Positions 38,301 through 52,123 of a stretch of 64,000 nt of DNA are shown one piece after another. Source of the DNA: Phaeosaccion multiseriatum (lineage: Eukaryota > Protista > Ochrophyta, other classes). The stretch's first letter is position 1; every line of letters starts with the position of its first letter. Both the position numbers and the translations under genes were made by a program. Where the stretch lies: assembly GCA_965112735.1 (NCBI GenBank), contig OZ218962.1, forward strand, positions 1,612,001 to 1,676,000, given 5' to 3'. The notes beneath the pieces are model-generated. The model saw only the letters and a program-made list of their open reading frames with translations. It did no database searches and was not told the origin of the DNA.

Positions 38301-41300
38301 CCCTCTCTCTCACTCACTCTCTCACTCCCCCACTCTCTCCCCCCATCCCTCCCTCCCTCCCTCCCTCCCTCCCTCACTGACTTACTGACTCACTGAATCT
38401 CTCCTTCCCGCACTCACTCACTCACTCCCTCACTCCCTCACTCCCTCACTCCCTCACTCCCTCCCTCCCTCCCTCCCTCCCTCCCTCCCTCCCTCCCTCC
38501 CTCCCTCCCTCCCTCCCTCCCTCCCTCCCTCCCTCCCTCCCTCCCTCCCTCCCTCCCTCCCTCCCTCCCTCCCTCCCTCCCTCCCTCCCTCTCTCTCTCT
38601 CTCCCTCCCTCCCTCCCTCCCTCCCTCCCTCACTCACTCACTCACTCACTCACTCACTCACTCACTCACTCACTCACTCACTCACTCACCCGCTTACTCT
38701 CTCACTCCTTCCTTTCACTTGATCCCTCCCTCCTCTCGCACCTCTCTTAAGCACGCACGTACTCACGCACGCACGCACTCACTCACTCCACCCTTCACTC
38801 CCTCCCTCCGTCCCTCCATCCATCCCCTCTCTCACTTACTCTCTCACTCACCCTCTCAGTCACTCCCTCACTCCCTCCCTCACTCCCTCACTCTCTCCCC
38901 CCTCCCTCTCTCCCTCCCTTCCCCCTTCCCTCATTCACGCACTTCCTCTCTCACTCACTCCCTCAATCACTCACTCACTCACGCGCCCTCTCACCTACTC
39001 ACCCGCCCGCCCACTCACTCACTCACTCACTCACTGACTCACTCACTCACTCACTCACTCACTCACTCACTCACTCACTCACTCACTCACTCACTCACTC
39101 ACTTGCCCACGCACACACTCATTCACTCACTCACTCACTCACTCACGCACTCACTCACTCACTCACCCAGCCACTCACCCAGCCACTCACCCACTCCCTC
39201 CCTCCCTTCCTCCTCTCTCACATACTCCCTCACTCCCTTACTCTCCTCTCCACTCCCTCCCTCCATTCCTCCCTCCCCCGCTGACTCACTTACTCACTCC
39301 CTCACTCACTCACTCACTCACTCACTTACTCACTCACTCACTCACTCACTCACTCACGCACGCATCTCTGACCTTCACACTCTCCCACTTACTCCCTCAC
39401 TCTCTCTCTCACTCAGACAACCACTTACTCCATCCCTCCCTCACTCACTCACTGACTCACTCATGCACCCTCTCACCCATTCACTCACCCACTCACTCAC
39501 TCCGTCACTCACTCCATCACTCACTTTGTCACTCACTCACTTACCCACTCACTCACCCACTCACTCACCCATTTACTCACTCACTCCCCTCACTCCCCAC
39601 CCACTCCCCCACTCACTCTCTCACTCAGTTCATCCCTCCCTCCTCTCACACTCACTCACTTGTGCACGCACGCACCCAAATCGCCCACCCACTCACCCAC
39701 TCTCCCATTTTAGCGAACGATCTAAATACGGCCGGAGCAAGCTCGCTCTACAATACACTCACTCACTCACATACTCAACTCAACTCTCTCACCCACTCAC
39801 TCACGCTTGCGCGCACGCACCACTCTCTTCCTCCATCACTCAACCACTCACTCACTCACTCACTCACTCACTCACTCCCTCCCTAACTCACTCACTCACT
39901 CACTTACTTACTTACTCACTCACTCACTCACTCACTTAGTTCTCCTCACTTGTTTTTAGTCTCTATCCTACCGAGCCAGTTCGCTCTTATTCCAACGCAC
40001 TCACCTACTCACTCGCCCACTAGCTACCGAGCAGGTTCGCTCTATAATACACTCATTCACTCACTCTCTCACTCCCTCCATCACTCACTTCATCCCTCCC
40101 TCCTCTCACACTTACTTACTTACTTACTTACTTACGCTCGCACGCACACACTCGTTCACATACTCTACCCTTCACTCCCTCCCTCCTTCTCTTCCTTCCA
40201 CCCCCCCTCCCTCCCCCCCTCTCTCACTCCCTCCCTAACTCCCTAACTCTCTCCCCCCTTCCCTCCTCCCTCCATCCCTCCCTCCCTCACTAACTCACTG
40301 ACTCACTGACTTGATCCCTCACTCACTCCCTACTCACAAACCCTCTCATCCACACACTCGCCCCCTCACTCACTCACTCACTCACGCACCCACTCAATCA
40401 CTCACTCACTCACTCACTCGCTCACGCCCTCACCCACCCACCCACGCACTCACTCACTCACTCACTCACCCACTCTCGCACTCACTCACTCACTCACTCA
40501 CTCACTCACTCACCCACCCACTCACTCCCCTCACTTCATCCCTCCCTCCTCTCACACACTCTCTTACGCACGCACACACGCCCATACTCACTCCCTCCCT
40601 CACTCCCTCCATCCCTCTCTCACTATCTCACTCCCTCACTCTCTCCCTCCCTCCTTCCCTCCCGCCCTCACTCACTCACTCACTCTCTCACTCACTCACT
40701 CCACCCCTTACTCCCTCCCTCACTTACTCCCATCCCTCCCTCCTCTCACACTCACCAACATACTCACACACGCACGTACGCGCCCAAACCATCCACTCAC
40801 CCACTTACACATGCACTCACTCACCCACTCACGCAGGCACCAATCACTCCCTCCCTCACCACTCACTCATTCACTCACTCACCATTCACTTCCACCCTCC
40901 CTCCCTCCCTCCCTCACTCGCTCACCCCCCCACCCTCTCACTCACTCACGCACTCACTTACTTACTCTCTCACTCCACCGTTCGTTTCCTCCCTCACTCG
41001 CTTTCTCCCTCGCTCAATCACTCCACCCATCATTCCCTCCCTTACTCACTTAATCCCTCCCTCCTCCCACACTCACTCGCTTACTTACTTACGCACGCAC
41101 CCAAATAATCCACTCACCCACTCCCTCCCTTACTTCCTCACTCATTCCCTCCCTCGCTCCCTCCCTCACTCATTCCCTCCCTCATGCACTTCATTCTTCC
41201 TCCTCTCACAATCATTCTCTTCCGTACGCAGGCATACAGACATGCACTCAGCCACTTACTCCACCCTTCCTCCCTTCCTTCCTTCTTTCCTTCCTTCCTT

Positions 41301-44300
41301 CCTTCCTTCCTTCCTTCCTTCCTTCCTTCCTTCCTTCCTTCCTTCCTTCCTTCCTTCCTTCCTTCCTTCCTTCCTTCCTTCCTTCCTTCCTTCCTTCCTT
41401 CCTTCCTTCCTTCCTTCCTTCCTTCCTTCCTTCCTTCCTTCCTTCCTTCCTTCCTTCCTTCCTTCCATCCTTCCTTCCTTCCTTCTTCCCACCCTTCTTT
41501 CCTTCCTTCCTCCCACCCTTCCTTCCTTCCTTCCTTCCTTCCTTCCTTCCTTCCTTCCTTCCTTCCTTCCTTCCTTCCATCCTTCCTTCCTTCCTTCCTC
41601 CCACCCTTCTTTCCTTCCTTCCTCCCACCCTTCCTTCCTTCCTTCCTTCCTTCCTTCCTTCCTTCCTTCCTTCCTTCTTCCCTCCCTCCCTCCCTCCCTC
41701 CCTCCTTCCCTCCCTCCCTTCCTTCCTTCCTTCCTTCCTTCCTTCCTTCCTTCCTTCCTTCCTTCCTTCCTTCCTTCCTTCCTTCCTCCCTCCCTCCCTC
41801 CCTCCCTCCCTCCCTCCCTTCCCCGCTCCTTCCCTCCCTCCCTCCTTCCCTCCCTCCCTCCCTCCCTCCCTCCCTCCCTCCCTCCCTACCTACCTACCTA
41901 CCTACCTCCCTCCCTCCCTCCCTCCCTCCCTCCCTCCCTCCCTCCCTCCCTCCCTCCCTCCCTCCCTCCCTCCCTCCCTCCCTCCCTCCCTCCCTCACTC
42001 GCTCCCTCCCTCACTCGCTCCCTCCCTCACTCACTCACTCACTCACTTACTCACTCACTCACTCACTCACTCACTCAATCACTCACCCACTCACCAACTC
42101 ACTCACTGCCTCCTTCACTCACTCCCTCCCTCCCTCCCTCCCTCCCTCCCTGCCACCCTCCCTCACTCACTCACTCACTCACTTACTCACTCACTCACTC
42201 ACTGCCACCCTCCCTCACTCACTCACTCACTCACTCACTCACTCACTCACTCACTCACTCACTCACTCATTCACTCACTCACTCACTCAATCACTCACTC
42301 ACTCACTCACTCACTCACTCACTCACTCACTCACCCACTCACCCACTCACTCACTGCCTCTCTCACTCCCTCCCTCCCTCCCTCCCTCCCTCCCTCCCTC
42401 CCTCATTCACTCACTCACTCACTCACTCACTCACTCACTCACTCACTCACTCACTCACTCACTCACTCACTCACTCACTCACTCACTCACTCAATCACTC
42501 ACTCACTCACTCACACACTCACACACTCACTCCCTCACTCCCCCCCTCCCTCCCTTACTCCCTCCCCCCCTCCCTCCCTCCCTTCCACCCTCCCTTTCAC
42601 CCGCCCTCGCTCCCTCCCTCCCTCCCTCCGTCCCTCCCTCCGTGCCTCACTCCTTCCCTCCGTCCCTCCCTCCCTCCCTCCCTCCCTCCCTCCCTCCCTC
42701 CCTCCCTCCCTCCCTCCCTCCCTCCCTCCCTCTCTCCTTACTCCCTCCCTCCCTCCCTCCCTCCCTCCCTCCCTCCCTCCCTCCCTCCCTCCCTCCCTCC
42801 CTCCCTCCCTCCCTCCCTCCCTCCCTCCCTCCCTCCCTCCCTCCCTCCCTCCCTCCCTCCCTCCCTCCCTCCCTCCCTCCCTCCCTCCCTCCCTCCCTCC
42901 CTCCCTCCCTCCCTCCCTCCCTCCCTCCCTCCCTCCCTCCCTCCCTCCCTCCCTCCCTCCCTCCCTCACTCACTCCCTCCCTCCCTCCCTCCGTCCGTCC
43001 GTCCCCTCCCTCCCTCCCTCCCTCCCTCCCTCCCTCCCTCCCTCACTCACTCACTCACTCACTTACTCACTCACTCATTTACTCACTCACTCACTTACTC
43101 ACTCACTCACTCAATCACTCACCCACTCACCAACTCACCTACTGCCTCCTTCACTCCCTCCCTCCCTCCCTCCCTCCCTCCCTCCCTCCCTCCCTCCCTC
43201 CCTCACTCACTCACTCACTCACTTACTCACTAACTCACTCACTCACTCATTCACTCACTCACTCACTCACTCACTCACTCACTCACACACTCACTCACTC
43301 ACTCACTCACTCACTCACTCACTCACTCACTCACTCACCCACTCACTCACTGCCTCTCTCACTCCCTCCCTCCCTCCCTGTCTCCCTCCCTCATTCACTC
43401 ACTCACTCACTCACTCACTCACTCACTCACTCACTCACTCACTCACTCACTCAATCACTCACTCACTCACACACACACTCACTCACTCACTCCCTACCTC
43501 CCTCCCTCCCTTACTCCCTGCCCCCCTCCCTCCCTCCCTTCTTCCCTCCCTTCCACCCTCCCTCCCTCCCTCCCTCCCTCCGTCCCTCCCTCCGTGCCTC
43601 CCTCCCTCCCTCCCTCTCTCCATCCCTCCCTCCCTCCCTCCCCCCCTCTCTCCCTCCCTCCCTTCCTCCCTCCCTCCTTCCCTCCCTCCCTCCCTCCCTC
43701 CCTCCCTCCCTCCCTCCCTCCCTCCCTCCCTCCCTCCCTCCCTCCCTCCCTCCCTCCCTCCCTCCCTCCCTCCCTCCCTCCCTCCCTCCCTCCCTCCCTC
43801 CCTCCCTCCCTCCCTCCCTCCCTCCCTCCCTCCCTCCCTCCCTCCCTCCCTCCCTCCCTCCCTCCCTCCCTCCCTCCCTCCCTCCCTCCCTCCCTCCCTC
43901 CCTCCCTCCCTCCCTCCCTCCCTCCCTCCCTCCCTCCCTCCCTCCCTCCCTCCCTCCCTCCCTCCCTCCCTCCCTCCCTCCCTCCCTCCCTCCCTCCCTC
44001 CCTCCCTCCCTCCCTCCCTCCCTCCCTCCCTCCCTCCCTCCCTCCCTCCCTCCCTCCCTCCCTCCCTCCCTCCCTCCCTCCCTCCCTCCCTCCCTCCCTC
44101 CCTCCCTCCCTCCCTCCCTCCCTCCCTCCCTCCCTCCCTCCCTCCCTCCCTCCCTCCCTCCCTCCCTCCCTCCCTCCCTCCCTCCCTCCCTCCCTCCCTC
44201 CCTCCCTCCCTCCCTCCCTCCCTCCCTCCCTCCCTCCCTCACTTATCCACTCACCTCCCTCCCTCCGAGCTCGGTCTCCCTGGAACGCACTTATCCACTC

Positions 44301-47300
44301 CCTCCCTCCCTCCCTCCCTCACTCTCCCTCCCTCCCTCCCTCACTCTGGCCCTCCCTCCCTCCCTCCCTCCCTCCCTCCCTCCCTCCCTCCCTCACTTGT
44401 GCACCTCCCTCCCTCACTCTCCCTCCCATCCCTCGCTCTCCCTCATACTCCCTCCCTCCCTCCCTCCCTCCCTCCCTCCCTCCCTCCCTCCCTCAACCTC
44501 GCACTCACGCAAACCCTCACCTCCCTCTCTCTCCCTCCCTCCCTCACCTCCCTCCATCGCCGAGCCAGCTCGCACTATAACACAGCTCACTCACTCACTC
44601 ACTCATCACTCACTCACTCACTCATCACTCACTCACTCATTCACTCACTCACTCGTTCACTCACTCACTCACTCACTCACTCCCATCCTCCTCGCCTCAT
44701 TCACTCCCTCATCCACTAACTCGCTTACCAACTCACTTACTCACATACTCCTTCACGTGCTCCCTCAATCCCTCTCTCCGTCACTCACTCCCTCCCTCAC
44801 TCGCTCCCTCACTCACTCACTCACTCACTCACTCACTCACTCACTCACTGACTCACTCACTCACTCAATCACTCCCTCACTCATTCACTCACTCACTCAC
44901 TCACTCACTCACTCACTCACTCACTCACTCACTCACTCACTCACTCACTCACTCCCTCACTCACTCACTCACTCACTCACTCACTCACTCACTCACTCAC
45001 TCACTCACTCACTCACTCACTCACTCACTCACTCACTCAATCCCTCACTCACTCACTCACACACTCACACACTCACTCACTCACTCCCCCCCTCCCTCCC
45101 TTACTCCCTCCCCCCCTCCCTCCCTCCCTTCCTCCCTCCCTTCCACCCTCCCTCCATCCCTCCCTCCCTCCGTCCCTCCCTCCCCTCCGTCCCTCCCTCC
45201 CTCCCTCACTCCCTCCCTCCCTCCCTCCCTCCCTCCCTCCCTCCCTCCCTCCCTCCCTCCCTCCCTCCCTCCCTCCCTCACTCCCTCCCTCCCTCCCTCC
45301 CTCCCTCCCTCACTCCCTCCCTCCCTCCCTCCCTCCCTCCCTCCCTCCCTCCCTCCCTCCCTCCCTCCCTCCCTCCCTCCCTCCCTCCCTCCCTCCCTCC
45401 CTCCCTCCCTCCCTCCCTCCCTCCCTCCCTCCCTCCCTCCCTCCCTCCCTCCCTCCCTCCCTCCCTCCCTCCCTCCCTCCCTCCCTCCCTCCCTCCCTCC
45501 CTCCCTCCCTCCCTCCCTCCCTCCCTCACTCCCTCACTCCCTCCCTCACTCCCTCCTCCCTCACTCACTCACTCACTCACTCACTCACTCACTCACTCAC
45601 TCACTCACTCACTCACTCACTCACTCACTCACTCACTCCCTCCCTCCCTCCCTCCCTCCCTCCCTCCCTCCCTCCCTCCCTCCCTCCCTCCCTCCCTCCC
45701 TCCCTCCCTCCCTCCCTCCCTCCCTCGCTCCCTCCCTCCCTCCCTCCCTCCCTCCCTCCCTCCCTCCCTCCCTCCCTCCCTCCCTCCCTCCCTCCCTCCC
45801 TCCCTCCCTCCCTCCCTCCCTCCCTCCCTCCCTCCCTCCCTCCCTCCCTCCCTCCCTCCCTCCCTCCCTCCCTCCCTCCCTCCCTCCCTCCCCCTCTCTC
45901 CCTCCCTCCCTTCCTCCCTCCCTCGCCCCCTCCCTCCCTCCCTCCCTCCCTCCCTCCCTCCCTCCCTCCCTCCCTCCCTCCCTCCTTCCCTCCCTCCCTC
46001 CCTCCCTCCCTCCGTCCCTCCCTCCCTCCCTCCCTCCCTCCCTCCCTCCCTCCCTCCCTCCCTCCCTCCCTCACTCGCTCCCTCCCTCACTCGCTCCCTC
46101 ACTCACTCACTCACTCACTCACTCACTCACTCACTCACTCACTCACTCACTCACTCACTCACTCACTTACTCACTCACTCACTCACTCACTCACTCACTC
46201 AATCACTCACCCACTCACCAACTCACCTACTGCCTCCTTCACTTACTCCCTCCCTCCTTCCCTCCCTCCCTCCCTCCCTCACTCACTCACTCACTTACTC
46301 ACTCACTCACTCACTCACTCACTCACTCACTCACTCACTCACTCACTCACTTACTCACTCACTCACTCACTCACCCACTCACACACTCACTCACTGCCTC
46401 TCTCACTCCCTCCCTCCCTCCCTCCCTCCCTCATTCACTCACTCACTCACTCACTCACTCACTCACTCACTCACTCACTCACTCACTCACTCACTCACTC
46501 ACTCACTGACTCACTCACTCACTCACTCACTCACTGACCCACGCACTCACGCACACACTCACCCACCCTCTCCCTCACTCCCTCGCTCACGATCGATGTA
46601 TCGCCGAGCCAGCTCGCACTATAACACAGCTCACTCACTCACTCACTCACTCACTCACTCACTCACTCACTCACTGCCTCCTTTACTCCCTCCCTTCCTC
46701 CCACCCTCCCTCCCTCACTCACTCCCTCCCTTCCTCCCTCCCTCCCTCCCTCCCACCCTCCCTCCCTCACTCACTCCCTCCCTCCGTCCCTCCCTCCCTC
46801 CCTCCCTCCCTCCCTCCCTCCCTCCCTCCCTCCCTCCCTCCCTCCCTCCCTCCCTCCCTCCCTCCCTCCCTCCCTCCCTCCCTCCCTCCCTCCCTCCCTC
46901 CCTCCCTCCCTCCCTCCCTCCCTCCCTCCCTCCCTCCCTCCCTCCCTCCCTCCCTCCCTCCCTCCCTCCCTCCCTCCCTCCCTCCCTCCCTCCCTCCCTC
47001 CCTCCCTCCCTCCCTCCCTCCCTCCCTCCCTATAACCCTCCCTCCCTCCCTCCCTCCCTCCCTCCCTCCCTCCCTCCCTCCCTCCCTCCCTCCCTCCCTC
47101 CCTCCCTCCCTCCCTCCCTCCCTCCCTCCCTCCCTCCCTCCCTCCCTCCCTCCCTCCCTCCCTCCCTCCCTCCCTCCCTCCCTCCCTCCCTCCCTCCCTC
47201 CCTCCCTCCCTCCCTCCCTCCCTCCCTCCCTCCCTCCCTCCCTCCCTCCCTCCCTCCCTCCCTCCCTCCCTCCCTCCCTCCCTCCCTCCCTCCCTCCCTC

Positions 47301-49700
47301 CCTCCCTCCCTCCCTCCCTCCCTCCCTCCCTCCCTCCCTCCCTCCCTCCCTCCCTCCCTCCCTCCCTCCCTCCCTCCCTCCCTCCCTCCCTCCCTCCCTC
47401 CCTCCCTCCCTCCCTCCCTCCCTCCCTCCCTCCCTCCCTCCCTCCCTCCCTCCCTCCCTCCCTCCCTCCCTCCCTCCCTCCCTCCCTCCCTCCGTCCCTC
47501 CCTCCCTCCCTCCCTCCCTCCCTCCCTCCCTCCCTCCCTCCCTCCCTCCCTCCCTCCCTCCCTCCCTCCCTCCGTCCCTCCCTCCCTCCCTCCCTCCCTC
47601 CCATCCTCACGCACTCGCTCACTCATCCACTCACCCACTATCCACCGAGCTTGCTCTATGATGGAACGCAAATATGCACGCGTTTGCTCATCAACTTGTT
47701 CACTCTCACTCATGGTCTCTGACTCCCTCTGTCACTCACACCCTTATTCCCTCCCTCCCTCACTCCCTCGCTCACTCACTTATGCGCCTCACTCACTCAC
47801 TCACCCGCCCATTCCTCGCTCACCCACATACTCCCTCCCTCCCGCACTCACTCACTCACTCACTCACTCACTCACTCACTCAATCACCCACGCACTCAGA
47901 CACACACTCACTCACCCTCTCCCTCACTCCCTCGCTCACGATCGATGTATCGCTGAGCCAGCTCGCACTATAACACAGCTCACTCACTCACTCATCACTC
48001 ACTCACTCATCACTCACTCATCACTCACTCGCTCACTCACTCACTCACTCCCATCCTCCTCGCCTCACTCACTCCCTCATTCACTAACTCGCTTACCCAA
48101 TCATTCACTCACCTACTCCTTCACGTGCTCCCTCAATCCCTCTCTCCGTCACTCACTCGCTCCCTCCCTCGCTCCCTCCCTCACTCACTCACTCACTCAT
48201 TCGCTCCCTCCCTCGCTCCCTCCCTCACTCACTCACTCACTCACTCACCCACTCACACGCTGCCTCCTTCACTCACTCCCTCCCTCCCTCCCTCCCTCCT
48301 TCCCTCCCTCCTTCCCTCCCCCCCTCCCTCACTCACTCGCGTTTCCTCTCACCCAATCACTCGCCCACTCACTCATTCACTCACTTACGCGCGAGCGCAC
48401 CACTCTCTCCCTCGTTCACTCACCCACTCCCTCACTCCCTCCATCTCTCCCTCCCTCTCTCCCTCTCTCGCTCACTCTCTCACCCCCTCACTTGCCCCCC
48501 CCTCTCTTCCCTCTCTTCCCTCCCTCCCTCACTGTGTCACTGACTCACTCACTTACTCACTCACTCACTCACTCACTCACTCACTCACTCACTCACTCAC
48601 TCACTCACTCACTCACTCACTCACTCACTCACTCACTCACTCACTCACTCACTCTCTCACCCACACACGCGCCCAATCACTCAGTCAGTCAGTCAGTCAC
48701 CCACCCAATTAACCACTCACTCACTCACTCACTCACTCACTACTCACTCACTTACTCACTCACTCACTCACTCACTCACTCACTCACTCACTCACTCACT
48801 CACTCACTCACTCACTCACTCACTCACTCACTCACTCACTCACTCACTCACTCACTCACTCACTCACTCACTCACTCACTCACTCACTTACTCACTCACT
48901 CACTTACTCACTCACTCACTCACTCACTCACTCACTCACTCACTCTCTCACCCACACACGCGCCCAATCACTCAGTCAGTCAGTCAGTCACCCACCCAAT
49001 TAACCACTCACTCACTCACTCACTCACTCACTCACTCACTACTCACTCACTCACTCACTCACTCACTCACTCACTCACTCACTCACTCACTCACTCACTC
49101 ACTCACTCACTCACTCACTCACTCACTCACTCACTCACTCACTCACTCACTCACTCACTCACTCACTCACTCACTCACTCACTCACTCACTCACTCACTC
49201 ACTCACTCACTCACTCACTCACTCACTCACTCACTCACTCACTCACTCACTCACTCACACACTCACTCACTCACTCACTCACTCACTCACTCACTCACTC
49301 ACTCACTCTCTCACCCACACACGCGCCCAATCACTCAGTCAGTCAGTCAGTCACCCACCCAATTAACCACTCACTCACTCACTCACTCACTCACTCACTC
49401 ACTCACTACTCACTCACTCACTCACTCACTCACTCACTCACTCACTCACTCACTCACTCACTCACTCACTCACTCACTCACTCACTCACTCACTCACTCA
49501 CTCACTCACTCACTCACTCACTCACTCACTCACTCACTCACTCACTCACTCACTCACTCACTCACTCACTCACTCACTCACTCACTCACTCACTCACTCA
49601 CTCACTCACTCACTCACTCACTCACTCACTCACTCACTCACTCACTCACTCACTCACTCACTCACTCACTCACTCACTCACCCATTCACTCACTCACTCT
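29400..49700. repeat. ~20-kb low-complexity (TCAC)n/(TCCC)n/(TTCC)n microsatellite mosaic
   Basis: Long pure tracts: (TCCC)n at ~43680-44240 and ~46790-47600, (TTCC)n at ~41270-41790, (TCAC)n at ~49040-49700. G is very scarce on the + strand. Confidence 0.97.
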
Positions 49701-50025
49701 GTGGTAGAGCTACCTCTCTCTGCCTGAAGAGTACCGAGACAACCCCCAAGCTGAGCACTACCGAGGGTAAGAGAGTTGCGAGAAGAGACCATAAATGCTA
49801 TTAGAGAGCAAGGGCGCCATCCTGACCCAGAGACCCTGGAATCTTCCTTGTGTAAAGGAAGCTTTCCAATTGGTCTATTGGCGATGTTGTGAGTGTAGCC
49901 TCTCCGTCGTCTCTCTCTCTCAGGAGGGGGAGAGAGAGCTTTAAGTTAACGAACATGGCAAAGTGGGGCCGGTGTGCTACAAGTAAAGTAGCAAAGTAGT
50001 GAAGCATGAAATTGATTAAGCCCCT

Positions 50026-50096
50026 TCACATACGTTGATTTGGGGGCGGGTGTCCCCCAAAGTTAGCGAACTGTGGTGCCTGTTGCTGCTGCTGCG

Positions 50097-50151
<55 letters not shown>

Positions 50152-50930
50152 AAATTGGGGCTGCTGGTGGCGCTGCGGGGAGGCCCCAGGCATCATTGTT
50201 TTCGGGGCAGCTGGTGGGGGGCTGAAGGCAGGCGAGTGAGTCGCTGCTGTAGCGGTGTTATCAAAAATGCCTAGCAAATCGTCTGGCTGTGACGGGGATT
50301 GCTGTTGCAGCCTCGCTCCACTGGTGCCGCCGCCCATCCCTAGCAGGTCTCCCGAAGAGGTCGGAGCGCTCCCAAAGCTGCTGCCGCTGCTGCTCCCGCT
50401 GCTGCCTGCGGGTCCTACTGCACTGACAGCTCCTGCTGCTGGTGCGGGTGCTGGTTGCTCCCGAGTGAGCAAACTGCCCCCACTCCTGTGCCCTTCCGCC
50501 AGTCTCGTCACTTTGGCGGAATACACGCCCTCGTAGTTGGGCACCGGTGCTTCTCCATCCTGCATATCCACCCACACTACCACCAACATACACGTACGAA
50601 TACAAGCATGCATGTTGAGAGGTTGGGGCTTGTTGCATCAGGAAAGGTAGCCCCCAAGCACCCAGCCCAGACTCGCCAAGACACGCCGAGACGCTGTGCT
50701 TCACAAAGGCAGGGAAACAAACAACGACTCTGTTCGCTCACTCACCGAAGCCATCCCGAAACTTCTTTTTGAAGCGGAAGTGGAAGTGCCCGGGAAGAGG
50801 GAAATGCCTCTGCACATCTCCGAATTTAACCGCCCCATTGTGCACTGTGGAGCTGGGAAGCTGGAACACGTTCGGCTTGTCAGCCTCGTCGCCGTCACTT
50901 GGAATGAAGTACCTGCCACGAAAAAGCATC

Positions 50931-50996
<66 letters not shown>

Positions 50997-51067
50997 AGGA
51001 GAAGCAGTGGAGCGGTGAGGCGAGTTTGCGCGCCATCACCTCGTCGGCTCCTCACCCACCTAATCAT
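50026..51067 (-). CDS. DIX-like domain protein with low-complexity/polyQ tail (~241 aa); exons 51067-51060, 50912-50746, 50576-50026
   Basis: GT-AG splicing gives an in-frame 726-nt CDS: MIRYFIPSDGDEADKPNVFQLP...VKFGDVQRHFPLPGHFHFRFKKKFRDGFVWVDMQDGEAPVPNYEGVYSAKVTRL. This fits the DIX pattern as recalled (F.FK...VW.D.....VP...G...AKV). Start codon not certain. Confidence 0.8.
50931..50997. repeat. (CAG)n/(CTG)n tract in intron 1 of the DIX-like gene
   Basis: About 22 mostly CAG triplets between the predicted donor (51059) and acceptor (50913). Confidence 0.9.
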
Positions 51068-52123
51068 TTCGCTCCAGGAGTTCTTTACCGCCCCGGCACG
51101 GCCATCCCAAAAGACTTTCTTATTTCCCCAGCGATGATGACACAATAGGTGCAATATACTTCTCGGGGGGGGGGGTTCATCATTACCTCATCAGTCGTCG
51201 AGCCTGTGAGCCGGGTCGTTTCAGTTTCAGTTTGATGAACACAATTGGGTTCCTCGGGCCCAAGGTCATCTAGGCAGCCTGCTAGTGACCGTGGGCGCGT
51301 GCGTGGTGCCGCCCAGCCAGTGGGTAGCAGCACACCTGTAGGCCTAAGCCTGCACTCCTCGTAGGGCCAGCGAGGCGGAAAGAGACAACCAAGTCCTCAC
51401 TTCCAATAAAAAAAAAAAAAAAAAAGTATTCTGGGCACTCCCACCGTCCGCCTAGTTGCGTGTTTTTTTTTGGTGATCTGCCCTAGGCCGCAGGCCTCCG
51501 GCCCGCCTAGTAGCTAGGCCGCCTAGGCGGCGGCATAGCTAAATAGGCCGAGGGCCTACGGCCCTCGCTAGGCCGGGCAATTTCCCCAAATAGGCCTAGG
51601 CCGCTAGGCGTGCATGGGGCTGACCAAGGAACTCAACTCGCTTCCTTCCCTCCACAGGGCGTTTGCCTTGGGAAGGTCCGGTCAGCGCAGAAGCTATTAC
51701 TCTCCTAATCTTTTACTGAAACTAAACTGAAACGCTTGCTACACCGCGCCAGCGGGCGACAGGGGTTAGCGAGAGCGCTTCAAAGGCGAGGGATCGCTCC
51801 ATCTCCGCAGGCATCTGCCCCCACCGCTCGCGCCAAGACCCAGTCCTCGTTTCGTGTGTTTGTGCCGAACCAATGCCTAACGTGACCATATCGCGGCCAG
51901 CAGGCCTCGTTCAGGCTGCTTGTGCCCCCGCAGGTGCGCTGTTTTAGCCCCGCAAAGGGCCAGATGGACTTGAGCCCATTCTACGCCCCACATGCTACCT
52001 TCATGGCCAGCGAGTGCCTCTGCGCAGAAGGCGAGCAGAGCACACACACCAGGTGTGCCTGAGCTGGAGCCGCCGCCGGCACGGGATGCGAGGGCGGGGC
52101 GGGCCTGAGGTTCTCTCTCTCTC

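Noticed and set aside
41184-49727. 2,847-aa ORF and other P/S/L/T/H or GGRE ORFs
   Set aside because: Tetranucleotide repeats lack stop codons; no evidence of coding.
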